Positions 40,651 to 53,237 of a stretch of DNA of 64,000 nt are shown one piece after another. The position numbers were made by a program, and so were the translations under genes. Positions within the stretch are counted from its first letter, which is position 1; every line of letters starts with the position of its first letter. Source of the stretch: Azolla caroliniana. Its lineage: Eukaryota; Plantae; Polypodiophyta. The stretch spans positions 18,910,001 through 18,974,000 of the forward strand of contig JBHGNT010000001.1 of NCBI GenBank assembly GCA_043228905.1, read 5' to 3'. Below the pieces are notes generated by a model. The model was not told the DNA's origin, ran no database searches, and saw only the letters and a list, made by a program, of their open reading frames with translations.

Positions 40651-41127
40651 AGAACGTAATATTCGTGTTCGTGCAAGCATTCGTTTGGAAACGTTTGGAG
40701 ATGAACACGTTTGAAATGGGAAAAATACGTATTCATTTTGTTTTAATTTTTTTCATTTATTGTCATTACAATTTAGCTCACCCTAGTGGTAGGGAGTCAT
40801 GCTATTGTTGTCTATGTCTTGGGTTTGATTCCTAATTTTCTCATCTCTTTCTCTCTCTCATTAGTACCATGTCATAGCAAAATTTTATGTTAGTGTTATA
40901 ATACTTTTTTTCTTTTATTTTTTTATTATTAGAACTAAGCACAACCTAGTGGTAAGTTGCTATGCTACTACTACTTGTGTCTTGGGTTCAATTCCCAACA
41001 TTCTCATATCTTCTTGTTAGTGTCATGGCAAAATTTTATGTTAGTGTCATGTTCCTTTTTCTTCTTTTTCTTTCTTTCTTATGCTACTACTACCTATGCT
41101 ACGTATGGTTCATTCTATGAATTATAT

Positions 41128-41460
41128 GACATACATACATACACATAACACACACACACACACACACACACATGCAATACAATACGTATGCATGTATATA
41201 TAGAACATACGCACACATATATACACATTTATGTACACATATACCCATATATTGAACACACACACAACACATTCATACACACATGCCATACAAATAATAC
41301 ATACAATACACACATATGCACATGTATAGAACATACGCACACACATAGAACATACATACATATGCACATGCCACACATACAACACATGGAGTACAATTCA
41401 TACATATGCAAATGTATAGGGCATAACACACACACATGTATAGAACATACATACACACGG
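41128..41460. repeat. CA/TA-rich low-complexity simple repeat
   Basis: (CA)n and degenerate acacat units. Confidence 0.85.
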
Positions 41461-41994
41461 TAGAAACCTCTTTCAAAAATGCATTGGAAAGGGATGCGAA
41501 CTATTTTAAAAATTGGGGGAAGAAAGGGGGGAATTACATACGTGATGTGTTTTAGTAAAAAGTGGGGGGAAAGAAAGAAAGAAAGGGGGGGCGGGGAGAG
41601 TGAAACAGAAAGGAAGGGAGTAGACCACAACTCGATCTCTGCGTGTCTTAAGGTTCCCTCTTATCTTCAACAATGGAGGATTATGACATAGATGAGACAA
41701 AACAAGCAGCGACATATGTGTTGTATCATTACTCATTATTTACCATGACTTGCATTGGAGAGAGTGTACGACCAACACAACACTGAATGCATCTTATGAA
41801 TGAAATCTCAGGTATGCCAACTTCCTTAAAGAAGTATGGGCACCAAAGCTGCTCATCAACTTCTCCTATGAGAGTGGAAAAAACTTCTTCTTCTTTTTAT
41901 GTTGCAGGTGTTCTATGATAAAGTGAAGAATGAAGGTCGAATTATGGTCACAACATCAACTTGGGAAGTAAACATAGTGATGAACATGTCATAT

Positions 41995-44900
41995 TGTTGA
42001 GAATCAAGCTCAACTTGGTCTAGTGTGTGAACTCACCTTGAGAGTGAAGAGACACTCCAACGGTCAAGAGTCACCATTATGTCACCACTTTGTATTCTAG
42101 CATTTAGTATGAGTCATAGAATCATATTCTATGACACATAACTTATGAGCTTTCACATTCCTTATGCTCCATGAGGCTTGTAGTTAATGAAGAGAGAGGG
42201 TAACTACATAAAGCACCCTCCTCCCACCTTGTATTTGGTCGTGTCTTTCTCCTTTGTTAATATACTTAACCTTGCATATACTCTGTGTCTCTGTCTCTCT
42301 CTATCTATCTCACACACACACACACAGTTCACACCTATTCCGCTTCACAAGAATCCATCTCTTGATTCTTTACATGGTATCAGAGTGATTTGGTAGCTCG
42401 ATCTAGCCCATTCACCTCATCGTGATCGTGTGTTGTGCTCCACGCCGACGACCAAGAACCGGCTCATCGCTATCGTAGCTTCGCTACATAGCACGCATTC
42501 GAAGAGAGAAGAAGAAGAAGAAGAATCAACACAATGAATACTCAAATGGGGAGCGCTCTCCCTACCGAGAAGTTGGATCGAAACAACTTCGCATCTTGGG
42601 AGTACAAGATGCACCAATACCTTGTTGGACAAGGCTATTGGAGCTACATCAAAAGAGCGCATGAAGATCGACCCGCTTAAGCGGCTCGCGGATATGCGAC
42701 ATGGGAGCAAGCCGTAAGTCGTGTGATGTATTGTTTGGCGACATGTGTTCACGACCACATGCTCGGTTACATTCGAGAAGCCAAGACACTGAAGGAAGCA
42801 TGGGAAAATCTAGGAAAGATTTTCACTGCCAACACGACCGCGAGGAAGCTTCAACTCCGCCAAGAGTTGAACAACATTCAACAAAGGGACATGTCCATCA
42901 CGACATACACCTTGAAGATCAAGGAGCTTTGCGACTCACTCGGCTCAATAAGCGTAAGTATAGATGATGATGAGATGGCGCAAATATGCCTCGGCTGCCT
43001 CGCACCTCGAAACCGGAGATGACACTACGCACCCGGTTGGGCACATCGGCAATGTTCCGTTCGGAAAAGAAGGTAAGCAAAATTAAATTAAAAATGTCTT
43101 GCATGTACCGACCATTACGAAGAATGTGGTCTTCGTCGGCCAAATTGTAGAGCAAGGGATGCAAGTTCGATTTAATCAAGGCAGTTGCTTCATCGAAAAA
43201 GAGGGCTGACTCATCGCACACGGACGAAGAGAGGGCCGAATGTTCATTCTCGACCCACACGAGATGAAATCGGCCATGTTCGCAAAGGGCATGAAAGCCA
43301 ACTCCGACATAGAGTTGTGGCACAAGCAAATCGGCCATATCAATCTCAACAAACTCAAAGCAATGAAATCGAAAGGAGTCATCATCGGACTCCCGACATT
43401 CAAAGAAAAGGAGATTGAAGGTGTATGTGAAGCGTGCCAATTCGGCAAGCAACACCGACACCCATTCCCGAAAGAGCGGAACGTGAGCGAAGGTCTACTC
43501 GACGTAGTCCATTCCGACGTATGGGGACCGGCGCAGACGGCTACATTCGGCAGATGCCGATATTACGTGCTCTTCATCAACGACTTCTCTAGGCACACCT
43601 GGATCTACCCGATGCGGCAAAAGAGCAAAGTGTTCGGACATGTACGTTGTCTTCAATCGGATGGCGGCAAGGAGTACTTCTCGGACGACTTCATGACATA
43701 TCTCCGAAGGGAAGGAATTCGGCGAGAATTCACTTGCCGACACACTCCGCAACAAAATGGGGTAGCCGAGCGCAAAAATAGGCACATCCTCTAAGTAGCG
43801 TGGGCCATGATGAACGAGAAGCATATGCCCATGTCATATTGAGCCAAAGCTGCAAATACGGCCGTCTACCTAATGCACCGGTGCACAACATCCAGCGTGC
43901 ACGAGGTCACTCCGCACAAAAAATACTTTGGAAAGAAGTCGGACTTATCACACATCCACATATTCGGAACGATAGCATACGTGCACATCCCCGACGAGAA
44001 GCGTCAAAAGCTTGACCCGAAGTCGGAGAAATGTATCCTCGTAGGATACTCATTGGAGCAAAAGGGGTACAAGTGCTACAACCCTTCAACTCGAAAATCT
44101 CGAGTAAGTCGAGATGTCGTTTTTGACGAGTCCGCATCCTGGTACGCACCAGAGACAACTCCGACTCCGACTCCGCTCGACCCAAAATCTGCCAACCAAG
44201 AGATCGAGGATGAAGATCACCCTACGCGCATGATCGAAGAAAGTCCGATCACGACCCGATTGAGCGGACCTCAAGAGCTGTTGAGCGATCAAAGCACATC
44301 ACGGTCTAGCCCGAAGATGGACAAAGGCAAGGCGAAAATGGCGGAATATGAAGACAATCACTTCGACGACGATGAATCAACTCACTCACTCGATAGTGAG
44401 TTCGGCGGCTTCGATGTACCAATCGGAGCTAAGAAAGCCCTCATCTTTGCAAATGAAAAGCTATGTCGCTCCACCCGTGAAAAGAATCCGGTCAGACGAT
44501 TCGGCTACGACTACATGGCATATCACTATGCCTTTATGATGAAGGTCGCGATAGTACGCGAGTCGGAAACATTTTCCGAAGCAGCCAAGGATCCGCGATG
44601 GATCGAAGCCATGAACAAGGAGATGCAGGCACTACGCAAGAACGAGACATGGGATCTCGTTCCCACCTCACCACATAAAAAGGCAATTGGATGTAGATGG
44701 ATTTACAAAGTGAAGTACAACGTCGATGGTTCTGTCAACCGCTACAAAGCGCGACTCCTAGCGAAAGGCTACGCACAAATGCACGGAGTTGACTACGAAG
44801 AGACCTTTACCCCGGTGGCAAAGATGACGACGGTACAGACCGTAATTGCGCTTGCCGCGGTGAAAGGGTGGCACCTCCATCAAATGGACGTCAAGAACGC

Positions 44901-46554
44901 CTTTCTACAAGGCGAATTGGAAGAGATGTACGTGATACAACCACTCGGCTTCAACTCGAGCACCCATCCGAAAGTTGTATGCCGACTCAAGAAGCCACTC
45001 TACGGCCTCAAGCAAGCACCACGTGCTTGGCATTCGAAGATAACGCAATATCTTCATCAAATCGGCTTCCGTATGTCAAAATCGGACAACTCCCTCCACA
45101 TACGAAGCGATTCCGCCAGTCCGATCGTCATCATCTTATATGTGGATGACCTAATCATTGGAGGTGAGCATCTCGTCGAACTCAATAAGGTCAAAACCCT
45201 CCTTTCTGACAAGTTCGAGATGACAGACATGAAGGAGCTCCACTACTTCCTCGACATCGAGGTAATTCGAACTCCGGCCGGAATCATGATCTCTCAACGG
45301 CACTATATCCTCAACTTGTTATGCAAGCTCAGGATGGCCGAGTGCAAATCCGCGACAACCCCGCTCCATTGCAATCTCAAAGTGGATGCGAACTCTAGCA
45401 CCAAAGCATGTGAGCCGACTCAGTATCAGCAACTCATTGGGAGTCTCATCTACCTCACGATCACATGACCTGATCTCAGTTATCCGGTCGGTCTCCTTAG
45501 CCAATTCATGCAAACACCGCGTGATACTCACTTGGATTGTGCTAAGTGAGTTCTACGCTACATGAGTGGCACAATGGATTGCGGCATCCTCTACAAGACC
45601 GCGATGCCAATACGACTCGAGGGGTACACAGACGCCGATTGGGCCGGCTACAAAGCTGATAGAAGATCAACCTCCGGATTTGTTTTCTCCCTCGGCAGCG
45701 AAGCAATATCCTGGAGTAACAAGAAGTAGCCTACCGTCGCTCTTTCGAGTACAGAGGCGGAATACATGGGTGCAGTCGTAGCTACGTCTGAAGCCGTATG
45801 GCTCAAGAGGATTTTGAAGGATCTGGGCGTACCCATCAAGGATTTGACTTCCCTTTACTGTGACAACATGAGCAGTATCTATCTGGCTTGGAACCCGGTG
45901 TTCCACGCACGGACAAAGCACATCGAAGTGCACTATGACTTCATCCGAGAGCGCGTTCTGGCTGGCGATGTCGACCTACAACACATTAGCACCAATCTTC
46001 AAACGACTGAAATCTTCACTAAAGCCTTAGGAGCCGACAAGCTATGGCAATTCATGACCGATCTCGGATTGACGATCCCTGACTTGCCAAGCTTGAGGGG
46101 GAGTACTGAAGACACTACGCAATAACGCGTAGATTCTACAACCGCGCACTACGCAATAACGCGTGGATTCCGCAACCACGCAACAAAGCAGAGAAGAGCT
46201 GATCTACCGCGCAAAGCCACGAAGAAACACGCAAGCCGAAGCACAGACTTCGTAACTACGCACAATGCAAGCTGGAGCACGGATTCCGCAACTCCGGAAC
46301 GCAAGTTGAAGCGGATTTCGGATACCGTCTGAAACCGACCCGACTTGAGCTTGAGGGGGTGTGTTGAGAATCAAGCTCAACTTGGTCTAGTGTGTGAACT
46401 CACCTTGAGAGTGAAGAGATACTCCAATGGTCAAGAGTCACCATTATGACACCACTTTGTATTCTAGCATTTAGTATGAGTCATAGAATCATATTCTATG
46501 ACACATAACTTATGAGCTTTCACATTCCCCATGCTCCATGAGGCTTGTAGTTAT
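41995..46554 (+). mobile_element. Ty1/copia element G (internal deletions, truncated 3' LTR)
   Basis: 5' LTR 41995-42374; PBS tggtatcagag 42375-42385; gag, INT, RT (ILYVDD) and RH to 46125; PPT 46351-46361; 3' LTR from 46362; CATAT on both flanks (41990-41994, 46555-46559). Confidence 0.92.
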
Positions 46555-46592
46555 CATATGGTAATGTTATTAATGTATCTCCCTCCCCAAGG

Positions 46593-47735
46593 ATGTCTCC
46601 AGAAGTTTTCTGAATAATAGCTCCCTGAGTTGCTAAAAAAGCCTTCGCTATTCTGGCTAACAAATATTTATGATGAATGGCTACAATTTGACTAGACTAA
46701 AGACAAACGTCATTTTTACAGAAGCTTCTATTTTCACCAAGCAATAATCCAAGCTTAATTAACAACGTTGGTTGACGTGGGTAATTCCGCAATGAATAGT
46801 CAGAGAAAGGTCTATCTAGATAAAAACCCGTCATTGGTATATTTAAAAACAAACCCATCTTCATCAATAAGAAAAAAAATTCCATGTTCCGGTGTATCTA
46901 TGGAATCCTCGATCGATAAAGTTTCGTAAGTCAGAGTTTCGCCACCCAATGTGGGATGAGAAAGCACCAAAAGGGAAGTGCTCCGTAAACTTCCTAGTAA
47001 ACCCAATCCTTCAAAAATTCCCCAATGAAGAATGGGATCTAATCTACCGGTTTTGGACGACTCTTGAAAATTTGGATTTATATAGTTCTTTGGAAAAAAT
47101 ATATGATTGGAGGACGGAATTTTTTTCAAGTTAGTACCGCCCCGGGTGCTATTATTTGTACTCGATTCGAGGTCGTTGGACTCTTCCACAACGGGACCTT
47201 TGTGTCTATTTATATTCGAATCAATAGAGAATCTTTATAAAAGAAATTGAATGCTGATAGGGTTAGGTAAGATGCACCCCGTTTTGATATTGAGTGAACA
47301 ATACCTTGATGTTTGGCAACTGATCTATCATTGCTATTGAATGAGTCGAGATCAACTCGGGCTGGGAATGACTTGTGAGTGGGCATCAACAGTTGATAAG
47401 TCCGATCGGCCTTAACCCTTTTCCGTAGAGGAGGTGCCTTACAAAAAACCGTTAAGTTAATCTGAGGAAAACTGCTCAGAAGTTTATTTATTCTTGCACT
47501 GGTAAGAGATATAGAAGCCTTTCTTGTAGAGGAAAAATGATAGAAATGTTTTTGCCAATTAACTACCAAACAAGCTCTAACTGATTGTATAGTTCTATGG
47601 TTGGTTATTTCAATTCTTTCACCATTCTTATATGAAATATAAATAAAGGTTTCAATTAGGCTTTTTTGTGTGTTTGGCTTTTCTGCATGGGAGACTATTC
47701 CTACAAAAGAATTGTTGAATACGCTATAAAGTGTC
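46593..47735 (-). pseudogene. rpoC2: Plastid rpoC2 fragment (NUPT)
   Basis: IQSVRACLVVNW..; ..LGLLGSL..; ..AKAFLATQGAII..SGDI resemble RpoC2; frameshifted. Confidence 0.8.
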
Positions 47736-48033
47736 AATTATACCATATTCATTTTATTCGTTCGAGTAATAAGAAATACGAAATCTCTTATATATGGATG
47801 AAACAAGAAACCCTGGCTCGTGTGATAGTTACCAGTTTCACATTCAAAAGCAGTAGTTTCGGAAGTTCTCATGAAAACCTTTCCTTCAAAAATATATATA
47901 TGCAAAGACTTTAAAATCTCAATTTTAAATTATTGTAAAATCGAATTGAGTCTTTTGTTGATTATTAGAGAAGTTCCCGATAGAGAATCATTTAGTTTAC
48001 TCTCTGAATTTTATTTGAACCCCAATTCTGGTT

Positions 48034-48080
48034 CGAGCCGTATGAGGTAGGAAACTCTCAAGTTCGGTTCTGAGGGAGGT
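48034..48080 (+). other. Group II intron domain V/VI-like segment of plastid origin
   Basis: GAGCCGTATGAGGTAGGAAACTCTCAAGTTCGGTTCTGAGGGAGG fits the GAGCCGTATG...CGGTTC domain V pattern. Confidence 0.7.
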
Positions 48081-48105
48081 CTACAAAAAGATCCATCCAT
48101 CCATC

Positions 48106-48159
48106 GTTTTTGGATTCTTATCAAATGACCGTGGGCGAAACCCTGGACGTAGAGATTGA
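48106..48159 (+). pseudogene. psbI: psbI 3' fragment (NUPT)
   Basis: VFGFLSNDRGRNPGRRD*, next to trnS as in plastomes. Confidence 0.85.
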
Positions 48160-48221
48160 ATCTCTCTTCTTCTTCTTTTTAGTTGCTCCATCGAGAGGTT
48201 AATGATTTTATCAAATATTGA

Positions 48222-48309
48222 AGGAGAGAGAGGGATTCGAACCCTCGGTACATTTGAATAGTACAACGGATTAACAATCCGACACGTTATACCTCTCGGC
48301 CATCTCTCC
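48222..48309 (-). tRNA. trnS-GCU: Plastid trnS-GCU copy (NUPT; anticodon reads GTT, likely mutated)
   Basis: Reverse complement GGAGAGATGGCCGAG..GGATTGTTAATCC..long variable arm..GAGGGTTCGAATCCCTCTCTCTCC; psbI-trnS synteny. Confidence 0.85.
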
Positions 48310-48539
48310 AAGCAAAATGATCTTTCGGACTTTAACATGAAGTTGTGATAGAAGTCTATATTTTGAATGGTAGTTTAAACAAATCTCCATTGACGAAATA
48401 AAAAAACATATGCTTTGGTAATTAGGTCCAAAAGGAATACTAGATTGGGTGGGGGTTCCTCATTGCCCCCCCCCCAAGGAACATATCACAGTCTGGGTGG
48501 GACTGATTAAGTGAGTCGCCTATAACAAAACAGGATCAA

Positions 48540-48638
48540 TCAACGATACAGTGCAACAACTAACGTTGTAGCTAAACTGCTTGTTGCAAAGGCACTAACA
48601 AGTGCCAAAATTATTTGAATGTCAGAAATTGATGTCAT
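48540..48638 (-). pseudogene. psaM: psaM (NUPT copy, open 32-aa frame)
   Basis: MTSISDIQIILALVSAFATSSLATTLVVALYR*. Confidence 0.8.
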
Positions 48639-48784
48639 TACCTTTGTTTTTTATCTCCCATTCCTTTGGTTATAAGTCAATGAACAAGAAAATGTTTCAT
48701 TCACCTAGGGTTGAGCCTTGATTCATTGTATCAATCCTAATTCACGATGGCTACATCGAGCCAAGTACCCGCGGGTGTACCCGG

Positions 48785-48998
48785 AGAGGATACGTGGTGG
48801 GAGAGACTGTAAAACTATTGAAAGAATTAAATGCTTTTTATGAGTATGACATAATTTTATTTGACGTCTTAGGGGATGTAGTTTGTGGAGGCTTCGCAAC
48901 TCCATCGAATTATGCGGATTATTGTATTACAATAATTGATAATGGGTTTGATGCTCTTTTTGCGGCAAACTGTATTGCTGCATTAGTAAGAGAAAAAG
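48785..48998 (+). pseudogene. chlL: chlL fragment (NUPT)
   Basis: [37 protein letters not shown]. Confidence 0.93.
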
Positions 48999-49287
48999 TG
49001 TTCTTCTCACTATCTGTTCGATTCATACCGAACCGACGATAAACAAAAAAAATAGTTGAGTATTAGGGGCACTCTTGGGTAGTATTTCTAGTTTTTAGTC
49101 CACTATCGACGGAGCCGCTTCCTCCAGATAGTCTCTATTTCGCATAGGTTGTCTATTCAGCAATTTGAGAGAGAGAAAAAGCGATGATTCCAATCCATTA
49201 ATTTTTTTTATTGTACTCTTTTTATTTTTATCTCACCCCTTTATCCTTTCTCACTCGAAGAGCGATAGGAATCAATATTTTTTCGAT

Positions 49288-49800
49288 ATGAGTGTTATAT
49301 ATCAAATAAATATCCAACCGCGGCGTGATTTGGGTGATGGGGGAAGAAACCATTTTTTCCCTCGATTATGGGCTCGGTGTGACAATTGTGAGAATACACT
49401 TCTGTAACGGTCGGGCGATAATAAGAAGTCATGGAAAAACTGATGGCTACCTGGATTGAAAAGCGAGTCAATGTAATTCCCCCCAAACAATAGAATATGG
49501 TCACGTAAGGAGGAACATATTTACTACTAATATCATCAGCAATTGCCTGAATTTCAAGGTGCTCTTGAAACCAATCGTATATCTTATCGAGGTGGGTAAG
49601 GTTTTTTTTTCAACTCCCCCTCTGTAAACCGTACATGAGGTTTTGCTCTCACACAGCTTAAACAAATATATTTGAGTAATCATCCATTCTTTTAATTAAA
49701 TAGTCACTTGATATGAAGATAGAATGAGAAAAATTCTTCATCTTTTTTTTTCATTAAATGCTTTAAAGATAGAAGAAAAGGAGACATGATCGTTGCATCG
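49288..49800. pseudogene. petB: accD-like fragment (+) fused to petB exon 2/intron fragment (-), copy 1
   Basis: [11 protein letters not shown] followed by reverse-strand [33 protein letters not shown]. Confidence 0.8.
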
Positions 49801-49918
49801 TAAACTCATTTCATTTGGGCTTTTAGTTTAATGTTCCTATTCAACGGTCGTGGATATAGGAAAGAATTGATTGAATCTATTATTTCGGCTACGGTGAAAA
49901 GTAGACGAGGATAAATTG

Positions 49919-50495
49919 ATGTCTATAACAGATTGGTTTTAAGATAGACGCAAATTCGGTGGGTTGATCATCAGAGCTTTTCCAGAAGACACTTCGGAGG
50001 ATTCGAGTGAAAATGGAAAAGACAAGGAGAAAAAAATTAATATCAATACTCATAAGGGATTATGGGCTAGGTGTGACAATTGTGAGAATCTGCTTCTCTA
50101 ATGGTTGGGCGATAATAAGAAGTCGTGGCAAAACCGATGGCTACTTGGACTGAAAAGCAAGTCAACATAATTCCCCCCAAACAATAAAATATGTTCACGT
50201 GATGAGAAACATATTTACTAGTAATATCATCAACAATTGCCTGAATTTCAAGGCGTTCTTCAAACCAATCGTATACCTTATCAAGGTGGGTAAGCTTTTT
50301 TATTTCAACTCCCCCTATGTAAACCGTACGTGAGGTTTTGCTCTCACATAGCTTAAACAAAGATATTTGAATAATCATCCATTCTTTTAATTAAATAGTC
50401 ACTTGATATGAAGATAGAATGAGAAAAGGTCTTCATCTTTTTTTCATTAAATGCTTTTAAGATAGAAGAAACTGAGATGTGATCATTGCATCGTA
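49919..50495. pseudogene. accD: accD 5' fragment (+) fused to petB exon 2/intron fragment (-), copy 2
   Basis: [27 protein letters not shown]; reverse strand [24 protein letters not shown]. Confidence 0.85.
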
Positions 50496-50789
50496 AACCT
50501 CAAAAATATGTTTTGCCTCAATCTCTTGTTAGCTTTTATTTTTCATTCAGGCAAGGAATGATTATGACTAGCATCTCAGGAAAACTCTTTACCTTATTGT
50601 TGGATCTATACTTAATTAATAGGGAGAAATCAATGGATATATATATATTTCTCGTTCCAATCTAATTGTCCGAGCATCTACGAACCTTGGATCTCTACTA
50701 TACTCCAGTAAATCCTTATTTTCAAAGGTGAGAAAACTTGATGGGCAAGAATTTTCCGACCACGACATAAATTTGTGAAACAATAGACA

Positions 50790-51408
50790 AATTGCGTGAT
50801 TATGATAGTTTTACACCACTACTGTATATTTTCGCGGTAATAAACATGATTCTTCTTTTGTACCAGTGGGAGGTAAAGTCTTTTCCGGTTTTTCCTCAAA
50901 GTATTGAAGTTAGCACTTTTGGTAATATATCGAGATTCTTTCTCTTGATTCGCTCACTATTATCCATTCCATTATCCTTTGATTATGTGCGATGTACAAA
51001 AATAACTATGGCAGAATTTTTATTATTTGTATCAACTGCAGGTTCGGGAGGAATGCTTCTGCGTAGTGCCAATGATCTAGTAACAGTTTTGTAGCTTTGG
51101 AGTGTTTGGGTCCATCCTCTTATCTTTTATCAGGATACGCCAAAAGAGATGTCAGATCGAACGAAGCGACTATGAAATTTCTATCGATGGGTGGCGTAAG
51201 TCCATCTTTGCTAATGTATGGGTTTTCCTTATCGTACGGACTCTCTAGCGGAGAGATTCAGCTTAATAAAATAGTTGATGGGCTCTTGCTAAACAATATG
51301 CTCGATCCTTTGGCAATTCATATATCCCTTGCATTAGTCTTGGCGGGGATGGCTTTTAAGCTCACGCTCGTTCCATTTCATCAATGGACTCCCGATGTAT
51401 ATGAAGGA
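50790..51408 (+). pseudogene. ndhB: ndhB exon 1 fragment followed by intron (NUPT)
   Basis: [39 protein letters not shown], then a GTGGG intron-like start. Confidence 0.92.
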
Positions 51409-52924
51409 GTGGGATTCGCTCTAAAAACAGTTCAGTCTTTATAGGTATAATCCCAAATAGATTGAACCATTATTTGCTATATCTAGCAGGTATCCGAAAG
51501 ACATAACAACCTTTCCGAACCTTTATTTGTATTGTTAACTAGCCCTTGCCTTGCACGCATTTCATGACAATCTACCAGAATTTCGTTTGTCCGACTGATT
51601 TTGTACAAGTAAAACAGGGAAATGTATAGAGAGATTTTTTTCTGAATATTTATATAATCATGTAAATTCAATTTTTATATCAACCTATTTAAAGTTAAAA
51701 AGTTCTCTTTTTTAGGGGTAGGTCTTACAAAGTATGATAATTTTTGTCAATTGCCAGCCTAGTCACTTCAATAACAAAATATATCGTTTTTGGTTGTTAT
51801 ATTTTTGTAAAAAAGATTGTTTCATTCCGTCAAAAGCTTTTGACAGATCAAATCAACCAAAGAAATTACCCCAAGATATAGAAAAAGTGTCAGTTAGGAA
51901 CGAAAAAACTCATAAAAATTCTCTACTATGTAGTAATAGTTTCTATCGACTTATTTATATTCAAAATCCATCTTGTAGGAGTGTAGATTCTGTCACAGAT
52001 AGGTAGGAATAAGGGAGAAAAACAATAGAAAAAGGAATTACTGGTGGATTAAAAAAAACAAATCAAGGATTCCTCGAGAAGTTAAAGGGTAAGTTTCTTT
52101 GCTGAATGAAAAACCGTCGTTCATTATAGAGCATCATATACGAAGGATCCTGTTCTAACACTGTCGTTGGTTTTCCATTCCCCTAAACCCTCAGAGGTAT
52201 TCCTCCACTATCTAGTTTTTCTGGTAAACTTTATATTTTTCTGGCACGGATGGATCCTGATATTCTCCCATTCGTTCATTTTTGCGTCCTCACACCCAAA
52301 ATCGTTCGCTTACTGGGAGGACGATCATTCGCCCATCCCGAAGGAGATATAAGTACTTTTCCGCACGAGCCACGATCAGGGAGTTTAGGGTTAATGGTAA
52401 TGATGATTGGTGATGGAGATGGTGTGTTTGATGAGGATGATGAGCATCATGGGATTGATGGTGAGAGAGATGACAAGCATTGAGAAGCATTGTGGGGTGG
52501 GGGGTGGTGCCTAGAATGGCTCCACCCCCCTCCCAAGGGGGTTCAATGTTAAGGGGGAGGGAAGAGGGAGAGAAATGACAACAGAGAGATTGAGAGAAAT
52601 GTTCCTTGTATTCATTCATTTCCCATAAGGGGTTAAATAGGTCCAAAGGGGTAGATCCACAAGGATGCAAGCCCCCTTGGCATTCACACCTAGTCACTCA
52701 CTCACATCTCTTTGTATCTACCACACTCACACTTACATTCACACTCATAATCGTATAAAATCATACATACATATCCACACATTACATCTTTCACCCTCAC
52801 TTATCACACTTATCAATCACACATACGTCTCATACGGTAACATAATATGGCACGCCCGTGGGAGAGTGCCTTGCATGTCGATCCCACATGCCTTAATCAT
52901 AATATTTCTTCGACCGGAATTTTC

Positions 52925-53197
52925 TGACAGGAACTACATGCTCCGATGAACAACGCTCGGCCACAACTGAGTCTAAAATCAAACACAGAAAACAGATAAT
53001 GAACGCACAACACAAATGAGAGAAGAGTACACAGGATGTTTAACGTGGAAAACCCTGAGAGGGAAAAACCATGGGAGTTCACAGACTCCAAACTATCACT
53101 ATATCACAATGATTACAATAAGTGAGCTCACGGAGGCAACGACCTCGTGCTCACGATCTTCGCCACAGGCGGCGGTTACAACAGAGGCAACGACCTC

Positions 53198-53237
<40 letters not shown>

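Noticed and set aside
41122-41630. His/Thr- and Cys/Val-rich ORFs; also the Leu/Ser/Phe-rich ORF at 7042-7464
   Set aside because: Translations of microsatellite or purine-rich low-complexity DNA.
41690-41994. Possible host gene remnant with a GT..AG intron
   Set aside because: Too short and degenerate to assign a frame or product.
48222-48309. Novel tRNA-Asn(GTT) with a long variable arm
   Set aside because: The body and psbI synteny identify trnS-GCU; a single C>T change in a decaying NUPT explains the anticodon.
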